DNA from: Spartobacteria bacterium
GTDB lineage: Bacteria > Verrucomicrobiota > Verrucomicrobiia > Chthoniobacterales > UBA6821
NCBI GenBank assembly: GCA_947471565.1
Contig: CANIVT010000005.1
Coordinates: forward strand, 9,014-73,013
Reading direction: 5' to 3'
DNA: 64,000 bases
Position numbers and translations under genes: made by a program. Below, piece by piece: positions 1 through 11,367 of this stretch. Numbering within the stretch: the stretch's first letter is position 1; each line of letters opens with the position of its first letter. Below the pieces are notes generated by a model, which was given only the letters and a program-made list of their open reading frames with translations, made no database searches and was not told the origin of the DNA.

Positions 1-1
1 C

Positions 2-1888
2 ATGGCCCCAGAGTACGGCGCAACCCTGGGCATCTTCCCGGTCGATGCCGAGTCGGTCGCCTTCCTACGCGCCACCGGACGCACCGAGGCCGAGTGCACC
101 GCCTTCGAGAACTACTTCAAGGCCCAGGGAATGTTCGGCATGCCCCGCAAGGGTCAGATCGATTACAGCGTCGACCTTGAACTCGACCTTTCAACCGTCG
201 TTCCGAGCGTCGCCGGACCGAAGCGCCCCCAGGACCGGATTGACCTTCCCCAACTCAAGCCTCTCTTCCAGGGCCTCCTCACCAAGCCGGTCGCCGAGGG
301 CGGCTACGGCAAGGAGGGTGCATCCATCTCCACGGAAGCGCTCGTCGCCCGACGCAACCCGACCATTCCCGCCGACGAGCAGGAGATGATCAGCGACCGA
401 CCGACGCCCGACGCCGTCTCCTCGATGCCCGAGTCGCCCTTCCACGGGGGTAAGAGCACGATCCGCAACGGCAGTGTCCTGATCGCCGCCATCACCAGCT
501 GCACCAACACCAGCAACCCGAGTGTCATGCTCGCGGCCGGATTGCTTGCAAAAAAGGCCGTCGAGGCAGGACTCGTCATGGATCCGACCGTGAAGACCTC
601 GCTCGCCCCCGGTTCGCGCGTCGTCACCGCGTACCTTGAGAAGACCAACCTCCAGCCCTACCTCGATAAGCTCGGCTTCCAGACCGTCGGTTACGGCTGC
701 ACCACCTGCATCGGAAACTCCGGTCCGCTCAACCCCGAAGTCGAGAAGGCGATCACCGACAACGACCTTGTCGCTGCGGCAGTCCTCTCCGGCAACCGCA
801 ACTTCGAGGCCCGCATCCACCAGAACATCAAGGCCAACTTCCTGATGTCCCCTCCGCTCGTTGTGGCCTTCGCGCTCGCGGGCCGCGTCGACATTGACTT
901 TGGCACCGAGCCGGTCGGCAACGGTAAGGACGGCAAGCCTGTGTTCCTGAAGGATATCTGGCCCAGCCTCGCCGAGATCCGTGACACGCTTCGCAGCGCC
1001 CTCACCCCCGAGATGTTCGCCACTCTCTACGGCGACTTCGCCGGACAGAATCCCAAGTGGAACGAGATCAAGGCCCCGACCGGATCGATCTACGAATGGG
1101 ACGGCAAGAGCACCTACATTCAGGAGCCTCCGTTCTTCGAGAACTTCGGCATGAAGGCGGGAACCATCGCCCCGATCAGCGGAGCCCGAGCGCTCGGTAT
1201 TTTCGGCGACTCGGTGACCACCGACCACATCTCCCCCGCCGGGGCAATCAAGGAGAAGTCTCCCGCCGGACGCTTCCTGAGCGAACACAACGTCACCAAG
1301 GATGACTTCAACAGCTACGGCAGCCGCCGCGGCAACGACCGCATCATGACACGCGGCACCTTCGCCAACGTCCGCATCAAGAATCTCATGCTTCCCGGCG
1401 TCGAGGGTGGCGAGACGCTCCACCAACCCGACGGCGAGCGGATGAGTATTTTCGATGCGGCGCAGAAGTATGCGACGGAGAAGACCCCGCTCGTCATCCT
1501 CGCCGGACAGGAATACGGAACCGGATCGAGCCGTGACTGGGCTGCCAAGGGAACACGTCTCCTCGGCGTGAAGGCAGTCATCGCCGCCAGCTACGAGCGC
1601 ATCCACCGCTCCAACCTCGTTGGCATGGGCGTGCTTCCACTCCAGTTCCACGAGGGAACGACAGCGCAGACACTCGGACTCGACGGCACCGAGACCTACG
1701 ACATCACCGGTCTCGGCGCCGACCTCAAGCCGCGCCAGGACGTCACCCTGCGGATCACCCGGAAGGACGCCTCCGTTCAGGAAGTCACGGTGAAGGTCCG
1801 CATCGACACCCCGATCGAAGTCGACTACTACCGCCACGGCGGAATCCTCCCCTTCATCCTCCGGCAACTCATTAACGAATCGAAGTAA
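2..1888 (+). CDS. acnA: aconitate hydratase A, C-terminal 628 aa (5' end lies outside the window)
   Basis: ORF is open at the window edge. The translation carries aconitase Fe-S ligand regions ([22 protein letters not shown]) and the swivel-domain motif [16 protein letters not shown]. Confidence 0.93.
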   Translation: MAPEYGATLGIFPVDAESVAFLRATGRTEAECTAFENYFKAQGMFGMPRKGQIDYSVDLELDLSTVVPSVAGPKRPQDRIDLPQLKPLFQGLLTKPVAEGGYGKEGASISTEALVARRNPTIPADEQEMISDRPTPDAVSSMPESPFHGGKSTIRNGSVLIAAITSCTNTSNPSVMLAAGLLAKKAVEAGLVMDPTVKTSLAPGSRVVTAYLEKTNLQPYLDKLGFQTVGYGCTTCIGNSGPLNPEVEKAITDNDLVAAAVLSGNRNFEARIHQNIKANFLMSPPLVVAFALAGRVDIDFGTEPVGNGKDGKPVFLKDIWPSLAEIRDTLRSALTPEMFATLYGDFAGQNPKWNEIKAPTGSIYEWDGKSTYIQEPPFFENFGMKAGTIAPISGARALGIFGDSVTTDHISPAGAIKEKSPAGRFLSEHNVTKDDFNSYGSRRGNDRIMTRGTFANVRIKNLMLPGVEGGETLHQPDGERMSIFDAAQKYATEKTPLVILAGQEYGTGSSRDWAAKGTRLLGVKAVIAASYERIHRSNLVGMGVLPLQFHEGTTAQTLGLDGTETYDITGLGADLKPRQDVTLRITRKDASVQEVTVKVRIDTPIEVDYYRHGGILPFILRQLINESK

Positions 1889-1964
1889 AGGACAGCATGG
1901 ATTCACAGGGATAAACGGGATCCGGGGTGTTGGGAGTCGATCTCCCTTCACCTCCAGCTGACCT

Positions 1965-1992
1965 CTTTATCCCTTTCATCCCCTTCATCCCT
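1965..1992 (+). repeat. short-period pyrimidine-rich repeat (ctttatcc ctttcatcc ccttcatcc ct) abutting the nadA start
   Basis: Read directly from the sequence. It translates as FIPFIPFIP if the track start at 1927 is used. Confidence 0.8.
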
Positions 1993-2928
1993 GTGAGTAA
2001 CACCACCGATCTGCTCGCCGAGATCCTGCGCCTGAAGAAGAAACGGAACGCCGTCATTCTAGCGCACAATTACCAGATCAAGGAGATCCAGGATGTCGCC
2101 GACCATGTCGGCGATTCGCTGGGCCTGAGTCAAAGGGCCGCGGAGACGGATGCCGACATCATTGTCTTCTGCGGGGTCCACTTCATGGGGGAGACCGCGA
2201 AAATCCTCAATCCCGGCAAGACAGTGGTCATCCCCGACCTTGACGCCGGATGTTCCCTCTCGGATTCCTGCCCCGCTGACAAACTGGAAGCCTTCCTCGA
2301 GAAGCACGCCGCAAAGAACTACTTTGTTATCGCCTACATCAATTGCAGCGCAGGGGTGAAGGCCTTGGCCGATGTCATCTGCACCAGCGGCAATGCGGTG
2401 AAGATCGTCGAGGCCGCGCCGAAGGAAAGACCGATCCTGTTTGTCCCAGACCAGAACCTCGGGGCCTGGGTCACCGAGCAGACGGGTCGTCCGATGGATC
2501 TCTGGCAGGGCTCCTGCTACGTCCACATGGAGTACACGCGCGACAGCATCGAGAGAGCCAGGGCGGAGCATCCCGACGCCCTAGTTGTTGCACATCCCGA
2601 GTGTCCACAGGCCGTGCGGTTGCTGGCCGACGAGGTCTGCTCGACCGAAAAAATGGTCTCCTACTGCAAAAATTCCACATCCAAGGCCTTTGTGATCGTC
2701 ACCGAGGACGGAATGCTTCACCGCCTCCGCCGCGAATGCCCGGATAAGGTCTTCATTTCAGGCCCTACCGACACTTGCGCATGCGCAGAATGCCGCTACA
2801 TGAAGCGGAATACCCTCGAGAAGCTCTACCTATGCCTCCGCGATCTGAAGCCCGAGATCACGATGGATGAAGATCTCCGAGTTAAGGCAGAGAAGTCCGT
2901 GCGTCGCATGCTGGAACTCAGCCGCTGA
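1993..2928 (+). CDS. nadA: quinolinate synthase NadA
   Basis: The translation ([40 protein letters not shown]) is NadA-like. The track start at 1927 reads through the tandem repeat, so I prefer the in-frame GTG at 1993. The start remains uncertain. Confidence 0.88.
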   Translation: MSNTTDLLAEILRLKKKRNAVILAHNYQIKEIQDVADHVGDSLGLSQRAAETDADIIVFCGVHFMGETAKILNPGKTVVIPDLDAGCSLSDSCPADKLEAFLEKHAAKNYFVIAYINCSAGVKALADVICTSGNAVKIVEAAPKERPILFVPDQNLGAWVTEQTGRPMDLWQGSCYVHMEYTRDSIERARAEHPDALVVAHPECPQAVRLLADEVCSTEKMVSYCKNSTSKAFVIVTEDGMLHRLRRECPDKVFISGPTDTCACAECRYMKRNTLEKLYLCLRDLKPEITMDEDLRVKAEKSVRRMLELSR

Positions 2929-2932
2929 TTCC

Positions 2933-4213
2933 ATGAATCCCTACCAACCCGGACCCATTTCCTCGGAACTCTGGAACCGGGCGCAGAAGCGTCTTGTCGG
3001 CGGAATCAATTCCCCGGTGAGGGCTTTCCGAGGTGTCGGTGGCGACCCTTTCTTCGTTAATCGGGCCAAGGGCTGCAAAATCTGGGATGTCGATGGTCGC
3101 GAGTATATCGATTTTGTCGGCACTTGGGGACCTGCGATCCTCGGCCACGCGCCTCAGGTAGTCCTCGATGCCGTGACTGAAACGGCACAACACGGCACAA
3201 GCTTCGGGATTCCCAATCCCCTTGAAGTAGAGATGGCTGAGACCATATGCCGGATGGTTCCCTCGGTGGAGAAGGTTCGGATGACCAATTCAGGAACGGA
3301 AGCTGTGCTCGGGGCCATCCGACTCGCCCGCGGATTCACTGGCCGCGACCGGATCGTGAAGTTCGAGGGGTGCTACCATGGTCATGTCGACTCGCTACTC
3401 GTCAAAGCAGGTAGCGGCGCCCTGACCTTAGGCCAACCAGACAGCGCCGGAATCCCGTCTGCCCTCGCCTCGCTCACCACCACCCTCCCCTTCAACGACC
3501 TCCCTGCCCTTCAATCGCTCTTTAAGGAAAAGGGAAAAGAGATTGCCTGCGTCATTATCGAACCCGTCCCCGCAAATGCGGGACTCTACCTGCCCGAACC
3601 GGGCTACCTCGAGGGGATCAGACAACTCTGCAACGAGCATGGTGCTCTGATGATCCTTGACGAAGTGATGACCGGCTTCCGACTTGCACCAGGGGGTGCC
3701 CAGGAGGTCTTCGGAATCAACCCCGATCTCACCACCCTCGGCAAGGTCATCGGCGGTGGACTCCCTGTGGGGGCCTTCGGCGGTCGTGCCGACATTATGG
3801 ATTATGTGGCCCCGCTTGGTCCCGTCTATCAGGCCGGCACGCTCTCTGGAAACCCTCTCGCGCTCGCGGCAGGACTCGCCCAACTCAAGGAAATGGAGCG
3901 GATCAACGGGTGGAAGCTCCTTGAAGAACTTGGAAACTCCATGGAGGCCTTAGTAGGCGCAATGATCAAAGGAAAGCCCTACACCTTTCACCGGATCGGC
4001 TCCATGTTCTGCCTCTATTTTACGGAGGGCCCTGTCCGCCATCTTGCAGAGGCCAAGAAGAGCGATACCTCCGCCTTCGCCCGGTTCTTCCATGGTGCCT
4101 TAAGGGAGGGGATCTATCTGGCTCCTTCTCAGTTCGAAGCCGGATTCCTCTGCACGGCCCACACGACCGTGGATCTGGAAGCAGTCGCAGGAAAACTATC
4201 CTGCTTGCTTTGA
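2933..4213 (+). CDS. hemL: glutamate-1-semialdehyde 2,1-aminomutase
   Basis: N-terminus [17 protein letters not shown].. and a class-III aminotransferase body. The ATG at 2933 follows the nadA stop (2926-2928), whereas the track start at 2867 would overlap nadA. Confidence 0.92.
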   Translation: MNPYQPGPISSELWNRAQKRLVGGINSPVRAFRGVGGDPFFVNRAKGCKIWDVDGREYIDFVGTWGPAILGHAPQVVLDAVTETAQHGTSFGIPNPLEVEMAETICRMVPSVEKVRMTNSGTEAVLGAIRLARGFTGRDRIVKFEGCYHGHVDSLLVKAGSGALTLGQPDSAGIPSALASLTTTLPFNDLPALQSLFKEKGKEIACVIIEPVPANAGLYLPEPGYLEGIRQLCNEHGALMILDEVMTGFRLAPGGAQEVFGINPDLTTLGKVIGGGLPVGAFGGRADIMDYVAPLGPVYQAGTLSGNPLALAAGLAQLKEMERINGWKLLEELGNSMEALVGAMIKGKPYTFHRIGSMFCLYFTEGPVRHLAEAKKSDTSAFARFFHGALREGIYLAPSQFEAGFLCTAHTTVDLEAVAGKLSCLL

Positions 4214-4288
4214 TCTGACGGCCAGGGTGGGCCGGCCCCCGGATCGCGAGCCTTTCCAGCAGAAGGTCTTTCTGGATAGAGTCTGGCC

Positions 4289-5038
4289 ATGTACAAACTC
4301 GTTCTTATCCGCCATGGCGAAAGCACATGGAACCGCGAAAACCGATTCACAGGCTGGACCGACGTTGATCTCAACGAAAAGGGCCTGGGTGAGGCCAAGG
4401 CCGCCGGCGAACTGCTAAAAAAAGAAGGTTACAGCTTCGACCGCGCCTTTGTGTCGGTCCTGAAGCGTGCTCTGCGCACGCTCTCCATCGTCCTCGACGA
4501 ACTCGACGAACTCTGGATCCCAGTCGATAAGTCCTGGAGGCTCAACGAACGGCACTACGGATCGCTTCAGGGACTGAACAAGGCGGAGACAGCCGCCAAG
4601 TTCGGCGAGGAACAGGTTCTCGTCTGGCGCCGCAGCTACGACATCCCTCCCCCGCCGCTTGAAAAGAGCGATAATCGCTTCCCCGGGAACGATCCCCGCT
4701 ACCAAGGGGTTGCGCAGGACCAGCTTCCTCTCACCGAATGCCTGAAGGACACAGTCGACCGCGTCCTCCCTTACTGGCACGAAGAGATTGCTCCGGCGAT
4801 CAGTCGCGGGGAGAAAGTCCTCGTTGCCGCCCACGGCAATACCCTCCGGGCCATGGTCAAATATCTCGATAACCTGAGCAAGGATGAGGTGCTGGCCTTG
4901 AATATCCCTACCGGTGTCCCTCTCGTCTACGAACTCGATGATCAGCTCAAACCAATCCGCCACTACTACCTAGGCGACCAGGAGAAGATCGCCTCCGCGA
5001 TGGCCGCCGTGGCTTCGCAGGGCAAGGCCCAGAAGTAG
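4289..5038 (+). CDS. gpmA: 2,3-bisphosphoglycerate-dependent phosphoglycerate mutase
   Basis: N-terminal [23 protein letters not shown] and the length (249 aa) are typical of GpmA. Confidence 0.95.
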   Translation: MYKLVLIRHGESTWNRENRFTGWTDVDLNEKGLGEAKAAGELLKKEGYSFDRAFVSVLKRALRTLSIVLDELDELWIPVDKSWRLNERHYGSLQGLNKAETAAKFGEEQVLVWRRSYDIPPPPLEKSDNRFPGNDPRYQGVAQDQLPLTECLKDTVDRVLPYWHEEIAPAISRGEKVLVAAHGNTLRAMVKYLDNLSKDEVLALNIPTGVPLVYELDDQLKPIRHYYLGDQEKIASAMAAVASQGKAQK

Positions 5039-5048
5039 TCCCCGGATC

Positions 5049-6899
5049 ATGCCCATCGGATACCAGACCCCCACTGCTTTCATGAATTCCAGCGAGGGTA
5101 CCGGTGCGGCGACGCTGAAGACCCGAGCCGAGGTTTCCTCTGCAGACACCTGGGATCTCACCCCGATTTTTCCGGGAGACGACGCATGGGAAGCGGAGTT
5201 TGAAGGTCTTGGCGGGCGCTATGTCGGGATCACCGCGCTACGCGGAACACTCGGACGCAGCGCCGCGGATCTCGCTGCCGTGATGGCATTCGAGACCTCA
5301 CTCGACCGCTCCACGGAACGACTCGGACAGTATGCATCCCTGCGCGTCTCGGAGGATAGCTCCCATGCCTCGGCACTCGACCGAGAGGGGCGCTTCTCGT
5401 CGCTGTGCGCCAAAATCAGCGAGGCCTGTTCCTGGGTGGCCCCTGAAATTCAGAGGATCCCTGACGAAACATTCACTGATTTCCTCGAAGACCCCGTCCT
5501 GGCCGATTGGAAGATTTCCCTTCTAAGAATTCGCCGCCTCAAGCCCCACATCCTCGGCAACGCTGAGGAGCGCCTTATCTCACTGGCCATGCCGTCGCTT
5601 GGGGGTCACCACGAGACGTTCTCCCAACTAACCAATGTCGACATGACCTTCGGCAAGATCACCGACGACAGGGGCCAGGAGGTGGAACTCACCCAGAGCA
5701 GCTTCTCCTCCCTGCTCCAGCGACCCGACCGGGGCGTTAGGAAGGCAGCTTTTGAAAAGTTCTACGCGGAGTTTGATGATCACAAGTTCACACTCGCAAG
5801 CGCTCTTTCCAGCTCAGTGAAAGCGGATGTGTTCCTATCCCGCGCCCGGAACTATCCCTCGGCCCGCGAGGCCTCCCTCTTCCCCGACAAAGTCCCTGTC
5901 AGCGTCTACGACAACTTGATCTCGGCCGTCCGTTCCCGCCTGCCCGTCCTGCACGGCTACTATGCCCTTCGGCAGCGGATCTTCAACCTTCCCGACCTCC
6001 ATGTCTATGACACCTATGCGCCGATGGTCGCGGCGGTGCAGACTGAGGTCGTTTTCGACGAGGCGACCGAGATGGTCCTTCGATCCCTTGCCCCGCTTGG
6101 TGAGGAATATGTCACGATCCTCGGGCGCGGTCTCCAAGAAGAGCGCTGGTGCGACCGGTACGAGAACAAGGGTAAGCGCAGCGGCGCCTTCTCTTACGGT
6201 ACCTATCAGGCTCCTCCCTACATCCTGATGAATTATAAGAAGGATGTCTTCTCCGACATCTACACGCTGGCGCACGAGGCCGGCCACTCGATGCATACCT
6301 GGTACGCCCGCCGGGCTCAGAGCTTCCAGAACTATCACTATCCGATCTTCCTCGCCGAGGTGGCCTCGACCTTCAACGAGATCCTGCTCACCGAGCACCT
6401 GCTGGCCTCGACTCAGGACCGATCCATGCGCGCCTACCTGATCAACCGTCAGGTCGACGATCTCCGCGGGACGCTCTTCCGTCAGACCATGTTCGCGGAG
6501 TTCGAGAAACTCACGCACGAGGCGGAGGAATCGGGTGCCGCACTCACGTTGGAAAGCTTCCGCACACTGTACCGTGGACTGCTCGATGACTACTTCGGGC
6601 CAGGCGTGACAATCGATCCCGAACTGGAGTTGGAATGCCTGCGCATTCCGCACTTCTACAGTGCCTTCTACGTTTACAAATATGCCACGGGCATCTCCGC
6701 CGCCATCACGCTCGCAGACGGCGTCCTGAAGAGTGGGCAAACCGAACGCTACTTCGGATTTCTCTCAAGCGGCGGTTCGAAGTTTCCGATTGAGACGTTG
6801 GTAGAGGCAGGTGTCGACATGAACTCCCCCGCGCCGGTCAACGCAGCACTGGATCTCTTCGAGCGCAGGGTGGCCGAACTGGAGGAGCTTCTTTCGTAA
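5049..6899 (+). CDS. pepF: oligoendopeptidase F (M3B family metallopeptidase)
   Basis: 616 aa with the zinc motif HEAGHSMH and PepF-like overall architecture. Confidence 0.88.
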   Translation: MPIGYQTPTAFMNSSEGTGAATLKTRAEVSSADTWDLTPIFPGDDAWEAEFEGLGGRYVGITALRGTLGRSAADLAAVMAFETSLDRSTERLGQYASLRVSEDSSHASALDREGRFSSLCAKISEACSWVAPEIQRIPDETFTDFLEDPVLADWKISLLRIRRLKPHILGNAEERLISLAMPSLGGHHETFSQLTNVDMTFGKITDDRGQEVELTQSSFSSLLQRPDRGVRKAAFEKFYAEFDDHKFTLASALSSSVKADVFLSRARNYPSAREASLFPDKVPVSVYDNLISAVRSRLPVLHGYYALRQRIFNLPDLHVYDTYAPMVAAVQTEVVFDEATEMVLRSLAPLGEEYVTILGRGLQEERWCDRYENKGKRSGAFSYGTYQAPPYILMNYKKDVFSDIYTLAHEAGHSMHTWYARRAQSFQNYHYPIFLAEVASTFNEILLTEHLLASTQDRSMRAYLINRQVDDLRGTLFRQTMFAEFEKLTHEAEESGAALTLESFRTLYRGLLDDYFGPGVTIDPELELECLRIPHFYSAFYVYKYATGISAAITLADGVLKSGQTERYFGFLSSGGSKFPIETLVEAGVDMNSPAPVNAALDLFERRVAELEELLS

Positions 6900-6921
6900 G
6901 GAAAACGAAGGGAAAGTCGCC

Positions 6922-8115
6922 ATGAACCGGGGATTCATCGACAAACTCGTCGAGCGGATCCATTTCGTCGAACCGGACGACATCGGCCACTACCTCCAAC
7001 TCCTCTCACGGGAGAAGGGGTTCCTCGAGACGATCTTCAATGCGATCCTCGAAGGGGTCATCGTCACCGATCCGCAGGATCGCATCATCTACATGAACCG
7101 TGCCGCCTGCACCTTCTTCGGCATGACCGGGGCGGAACATATCGGGCGACGACTCGGACAGGCGATCCCGGGACTCGATCTCAGCTCGGTGCGCCATTCC
7201 GGCGAAGTGATGAGCCGTGATCTTGAGATCTTTTACCCGGAACGCCGCTTCCTTAACTTCTATGTCGCCCCGCTACTGAGTGATGACGAGAGCCCCTTGC
7301 GCCGCGAATTGGTCGGACGCGCCATTATCCTGAGGGACACCACGCAGGAGCGCCGCGAGACAGAGGAGACGATCGAGAGCGAACGTTTCTCGGCAGTGAC
7401 ACTCCTTGCGGCAGGGGTAGCACACGAGATTGGCAACCCTCTCAACTCCCTGGACATCCAGCTCCAGCTCCTTGAGCGACGCTTGCACAAACCCATTTCC
7501 AACGAGGACGAAAGAGAGAAACTTGCCGAGTCCGTTGCGGTCGCTCGCGGTGAGGTGCGACGACTCGACCAGATCATCACCCAATTCCTGAAAGCGGTAC
7601 GCCCGGCGCCCCTTGAATGTGTCCCGACGGATTTCAATGCTTTGGTCCTGGAAACCGTGGAGTTCCTGAAAGGTGAACTCGAGAACCGCGGCATCAAGGT
7701 CGATGTCATGACAGCCAAGCAAATCCCGCCCGTCTCACTTGACCGCGATCAGTTCCGCCAGGCGCTTTACAACGTGATCCGCAATAGCTTCCAGGCGATG
7801 GGGAGTGAAGGACACCTGCAGGTCGCCACGGCCAGCGACGACTCCCACGTCTGGGTCAGTATCGGAGATACCGGTGGCGGCATCGATCCCGACACCGTGA
7901 ACAGGATCTTCCAGCCCTACTACACGACCAAGGAAAACGGTTCGGGACTAGGTCTCCATGTCGTGCAGCGCATTGTGAGAGCCCACGGCGGCGAGATCAT
8001 GATCCAGAGCGCACTGGGCAAGGGGATGCTCTTCACAATCCGCTTACCCCGTCAGGACCGCCGCGTCCGCCTCCTCCCCCCCATCACGGAAAATCAATCC
8101 ACTCCCAATTCCTAG
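6922..8115 (+). CDS. PAS-domain sensor histidine kinase (NtrB-like); no response regulator adjacent
   Basis: H-box AHEIGNPLNSL, N-box IRNSFQAM, G1 DTGGGI, G2 GSGLGL. An N-terminal PAS-like segment is present. Confidence 0.85.
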   Translation: MNRGFIDKLVERIHFVEPDDIGHYLQLLSREKGFLETIFNAILEGVIVTDPQDRIIYMNRAACTFFGMTGAEHIGRRLGQAIPGLDLSSVRHSGEVMSRDLEIFYPERRFLNFYVAPLLSDDESPLRRELVGRAIILRDTTQERRETEETIESERFSAVTLLAAGVAHEIGNPLNSLDIQLQLLERRLHKPISNEDEREKLAESVAVARGEVRRLDQIITQFLKAVRPAPLECVPTDFNALVLETVEFLKGELENRGIKVDVMTAKQIPPVSLDRDQFRQALYNVIRNSFQAMGSEGHLQVATASDDSHVWVSIGDTGGGIDPDTVNRIFQPYYTTKENGSGLGLHVVQRIVRAHGGEIMIQSALGKGMLFTIRLPRQDRRVRLLPPITENQSTPNS

Positions 8116-8127
8116 CCTCCAACCACC

Positions 8128-8613
8128 ATGTCCACACCACTCCAAGTCGGCGACAAAGCTCCTTCCTTCACCACCAACGCCGTCGGCACCGAGTACGGTT
8201 CCGGCACTGCACTCAAACTTACGGATCTCAAGGGGGCTCCCGTCGTTCTCTATTTTTATCCGAAGGACGACACACCGGGATGCACCACTCAAGCCTGCGG
8301 CATACGGGATGCCTGGAAAGAGATCAAGGCCTCTGGCGCGCGTCTGTTTGGCGTGAGCATCGATACGGTGAAGTCTCACGAGAAATTTATCGTTAAGTTC
8401 GACCTCCCCTTCCCCCTGCTCACCGACCCCGAAAAGGCGATCGTCGAGGCCTATGGGGTCTGGGTCGAAAAGTCGATGTACGGAAAGAAGTATATGGGAA
8501 CGGAACGAACCACCTTCGTCATCGATTCAAAGGGCAAAATCGCCGCTATCTTCCCAAAAGTAAAACCTGCCGAACATGCGGACCTCGTGCTCAAGGCTCT
8601 GAAGGAACTCTAG
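8128..8613 (+). CDS. bcp: thioredoxin-dependent peroxiredoxin Bcp
   Basis: 161 aa with the motif YFYPKDDTPGCTTQAC, characteristic of Bcp/PrxQ. Confidence 0.9.
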   Translation: MSTPLQVGDKAPSFTTNAVGTEYGSGTALKLTDLKGAPVVLYFYPKDDTPGCTTQACGIRDAWKEIKASGARLFGVSIDTVKSHEKFIVKFDLPFPLLTDPEKAIVEAYGVWVEKSMYGKKYMGTERTTFVIDSKGKIAAIFPKVKPAEHADLVLKALKEL

Positions 8614-8624
8614 AATCCTACCTT

Positions 8625-10103
8625 TTAATACTCGCCGTTCCTTAGGGATTGAAAGGCAGCCCCAAGGTGTTCAATCACCGAGGAAGCAGCAAGGGATTCC
8701 TGAGAATCAGAACCTTTGAAGAGTGCGATCTCGGCAGCGCGCCCGCAGAGCCATGCACCGGTGATCGCCGCATCACGCGGAGTTTTTCCTCCACCCATCA
8801 ATGCTGCGGTCACACCACTCAGGACATCCCCCATGCCACCACTACCCATTCCCGGGTTGCCGGTCGTATTGTAACTCGCCGGAATCTCCCTCTCCGCAAT
8901 AATCGTCCGCGCTCCCTTGAGGAGCAGTGTCACGGGATACCGGGAAGCAAACCCTTCGGCCAAGACACGTCGGGAGCGTCCCGCCTGGGGATCCAGGCGT
9001 TCCATTTCACCGGGATGGGGCGTCAGAAGCCTCGGACCAGCGCACCGATCGAGGAGAGTAATTTCTTGTGAAATAGCGTTCAGGGCATCGGCATCAACGA
9101 TACAGGGAACCGGGGTCTTCTCCACCAAATGGCGGATAACCTGATCATGGTCACGCCCCAATCCGGGACCGATTGCCAGCACATCACAACGCTCATCAAT
9201 CAACTCACTGTAGGATTCGACCCTCTTCACCATGACTTCAGGGATCGTTAGCAGGCAAAGTTTGTCGAAAGTTTCGGGGAGGGCATAGAGGGTGACAAGT
9301 CCACCGCCTGCATGCACTGCGGCAGCAGAGCAGAGTCTGGCGGCTCCAAGATACCCCGGTGATCCGGCAACAATCCCGATTCGTCCGTAGTTCCCCTTGT
9401 GGGTGTCGAAATCTCGGATCGGCAGCAGGTGACGGAGAGAGGGGGAGGTGGCGACCGAGGCATCGTCTCCCTCCATTGCTCGGACTCCGGGCAGGGTCAC
9501 CACAGCAAGGCGACCAACATGACCCGTCGACGCATCGGCCAGAAGACCTGTCTTGGGAAATCCAAGCGTGACGGTCAGATCAGCCTGCACGCAGGGATCG
9601 AAGATCTCCCCAGTCGTGGCCTCCAGACCGCTCGGCAGATCGACGGCAATTGTGAAAGCCCCTGCGGCCCTGAGACCGTTTAATTCCCGGATCAGCTCCG
9701 CAACATTCCCTCGAGGAGGCCCCGTGATACCGATCCCGAGCAATCCGTCGATGAGAAGCAGGGAGTTGCCCTTGACTCCTCCCGCGGAATCCGAAGGGTC
9801 GACACCGAGTAAATGGAGATGATGTCTGGTAAGCGATGCGAGTTCCTCGACCGGGCAGGAGAGACGCACCATGATGCGCCATCCTTCTGTCCGAAGATGC
9901 CGTGCCGCCACCAGTGCATCGCCTCCATTGTGTCCCTTGCCGCAGAAGACGACCGCCGTTCCAGCCTGTGGAAAAAACTGCCGGATACAGCAGGAAATCC
10001 CATCACCCGCAATCTCCATGAGCCCCTCAGTCGTGGATCCGTCCATGAGGGCAGCTTCTTCCGCGGTTTTCATCTGTGAGGCCGTCAGGATCATGGCTCT
10101 CAA
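8625..10103 (-). CDS. nnr: bifunctional NAD(P)H-hydrate epimerase / ADP-dependent dehydratase
   Basis: YjeF-N motif GKGHNGGDALV, followed by a C-terminal carbohydrate-kinase domain with GMGDVLSG. Confidence 0.88.
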   Translation of the reverse strand: MRAMILTASQMKTAEEAALMDGSTTEGLMEIAGDGISCCIRQFFPQAGTAVVFCGKGHNGGDALVAARHLRTEGWRIMVRLSCPVEELASLTRHHLHLLGVDPSDSAGGVKGNSLLLIDGLLGIGITGPPRGNVAELIRELNGLRAAGAFTIAVDLPSGLEATTGEIFDPCVQADLTVTLGFPKTGLLADASTGHVGRLAVVTLPGVRAMEGDDASVATSPSLRHLLPIRDFDTHKGNYGRIGIVAGSPGYLGAARLCSAAAVHAGGGLVTLYALPETFDKLCLLTIPEVMVKRVESYSELIDERCDVLAIGPGLGRDHDQVIRHLVEKTPVPCIVDADALNAISQEITLLDRCAGPRLLTPHPGEMERLDPQAGRSRRVLAEGFASRYPVTLLLKGARTIIAEREIPASYNTTGNPGMGSGGMGDVLSGVTAALMGGGKTPRDAAITGAWLCGRAAEIALFKGSDSQESLAASSVIEHLGAAFQSLRNGEY

Positions 10104-10148
10104 CCTATCCTCCCCCTCTACTCCCCTCCGAGCGAGACTTTCCTGACT

Positions 10149-11360
10149 TCAGGCAAACGGAAGCGGTTCACCGCGAAGTTCCAAAACCCTTAGCAACACC
10201 TGCTCGATGAGATTATTCGGACAGGATGCACCGGCCGTGATGCCGATTCTTGCCTGTTGTCCGGCAGGCGGTAACCAGGCAAGGGATGTAGACACCTCCT
10301 CCTTGCGGTGGAGGTCGAAATGGCGGATCACGCCGCCTGATTCGAGGCATTCCTGATTTCTCACGAACCAGGTGGAAATCCCTTTCTGCTCTCCCATTTC
10401 TGCGAGATGGGTGGTGTTGGAACTGTTATAACCGCCCACGACCAACAGGAGATCAAGAGGCTCGGCAAGCAGTTCCCGAAGAGCATCTTGTCTCTCCTGC
10501 GTGGCACCGCAGATAGTGTCGAAAAGACGAAAATTCGAGTCATTCCCGTCACGGGTGATGATCGCCTCGCGGAGCAAGGCCTGAACGGCCTCGGTCTCCT
10601 CGCGAAGCATGGTGGTCTGGTTGGCGACACCGATACGAAGCAGGTGCTTTGCAGGATCGAATCCCTCCGAGAAGCGACCGGCGAATTCACTCAGGAAGTC
10701 CCCACTCGAAATCCGGCCCGCAATGAATTCCCCCACTCGGGAGGCCTCCCTGAGGTTGAGGACGACGAGGTAATGCCCGTTTCCCTTTCCCAGGGCTCGG
10801 GAAGCAGTGGCCCGGGTCTCCTCGTGAGAGGCCTTGCCGTGGATGATGGAGGTGACTTCCTCGGCGGCATTCTGACGGACGCGTTTCCAGACACTCATCA
10901 CGTCTCCGCAGGTCGTGTCGACGATGCGGCATCCATGACGCTTGATCTCCTCGACCAGCGGCACCGTGGTGCCGAAGGCGGGGACAATCACCACGTCGTC
11001 GGGACCAAGATCCTCAACATGGGGGCGTCCCGAGGGATCAAGCAGGTTGCGGATGCCAAGGGCGGCGATCTGGGCGTTGACCTCCGGGTTGTGAATGATC
11101 TCGCCGATCAGGAAGAGCCGGGCATCGGGGAAAACCTTCCGGGCAGCATAGGCCAGATCGATGGCTCTCTCCACCCCATAGCAAAAGCCGAACTGCTTCG
11201 CGAGTCGGATGGTGGTGTTACCCGACTCCAAAACCGATCCTGCCGCACGGAGACGCTCGACAAGCGAGCTGTGGTAGTGATGCTCCACCTGCTCCTGCAC
11301 CCGCTCCATGACCTCCGGCGTGCGGAGGTTGACCTTGGAGGGATGCGTGGACTGGATCAC
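10149..11360 (-). CDS. ispH: 4-hydroxy-3-methylbut-2-enyl diphosphate reductase (long, roughly 400-aa form)
   Basis: FGFCYGVERAI, DTTCGDV and ICGATQERQ supply the three Cys ligand regions. An N-terminal extension resembles the cyanobacterial/plant-type LytB. Confidence 0.9.
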   Translation of the reverse strand: MIQSTHPSKVNLRTPEVMERVQEQVEHHYHSSLVERLRAAGSVLESGNTTIRLAKQFGFCYGVERAIDLAYAARKVFPDARLFLIGEIIHNPEVNAQIAALGIRNLLDPSGRPHVEDLGPDDVVIVPAFGTTVPLVEEIKRHGCRIVDTTCGDVMSVWKRVRQNAAEEVTSIIHGKASHEETRATASRALGKGNGHYLVVLNLREASRVGEFIAGRISSGDFLSEFAGRFSEGFDPAKHLLRIGVANQTTMLREETEAVQALLREAIITRDGNDSNFRLFDTICGATQERQDALRELLAEPLDLLLVVGGYNSSNTTHLAEMGEQKGISTWFVRNQECLESGGVIRHFDLHRKEEVSTSLAWLPPAGQQARIGITAGASCPNNLIEQVLLRVLELRGEPLPFA

Positions 11361-11367
11361 CGTGGAT

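Noticed and set aside
191-1951. 586-aa ORF antisense to acnA
   Set aside because: It lies entirely within and opposite a confidently identified aconitase gene. Its composition is Arg/Gly/Asp/Val-rich with no recognisable motif, which is typical of open antisense frames in GC-rich DNA.
5835-6740. 301-aa ORF antisense to pepF
   Set aside because: It lies opposite a motif-supported M3 peptidase gene and has no recognisable family features.
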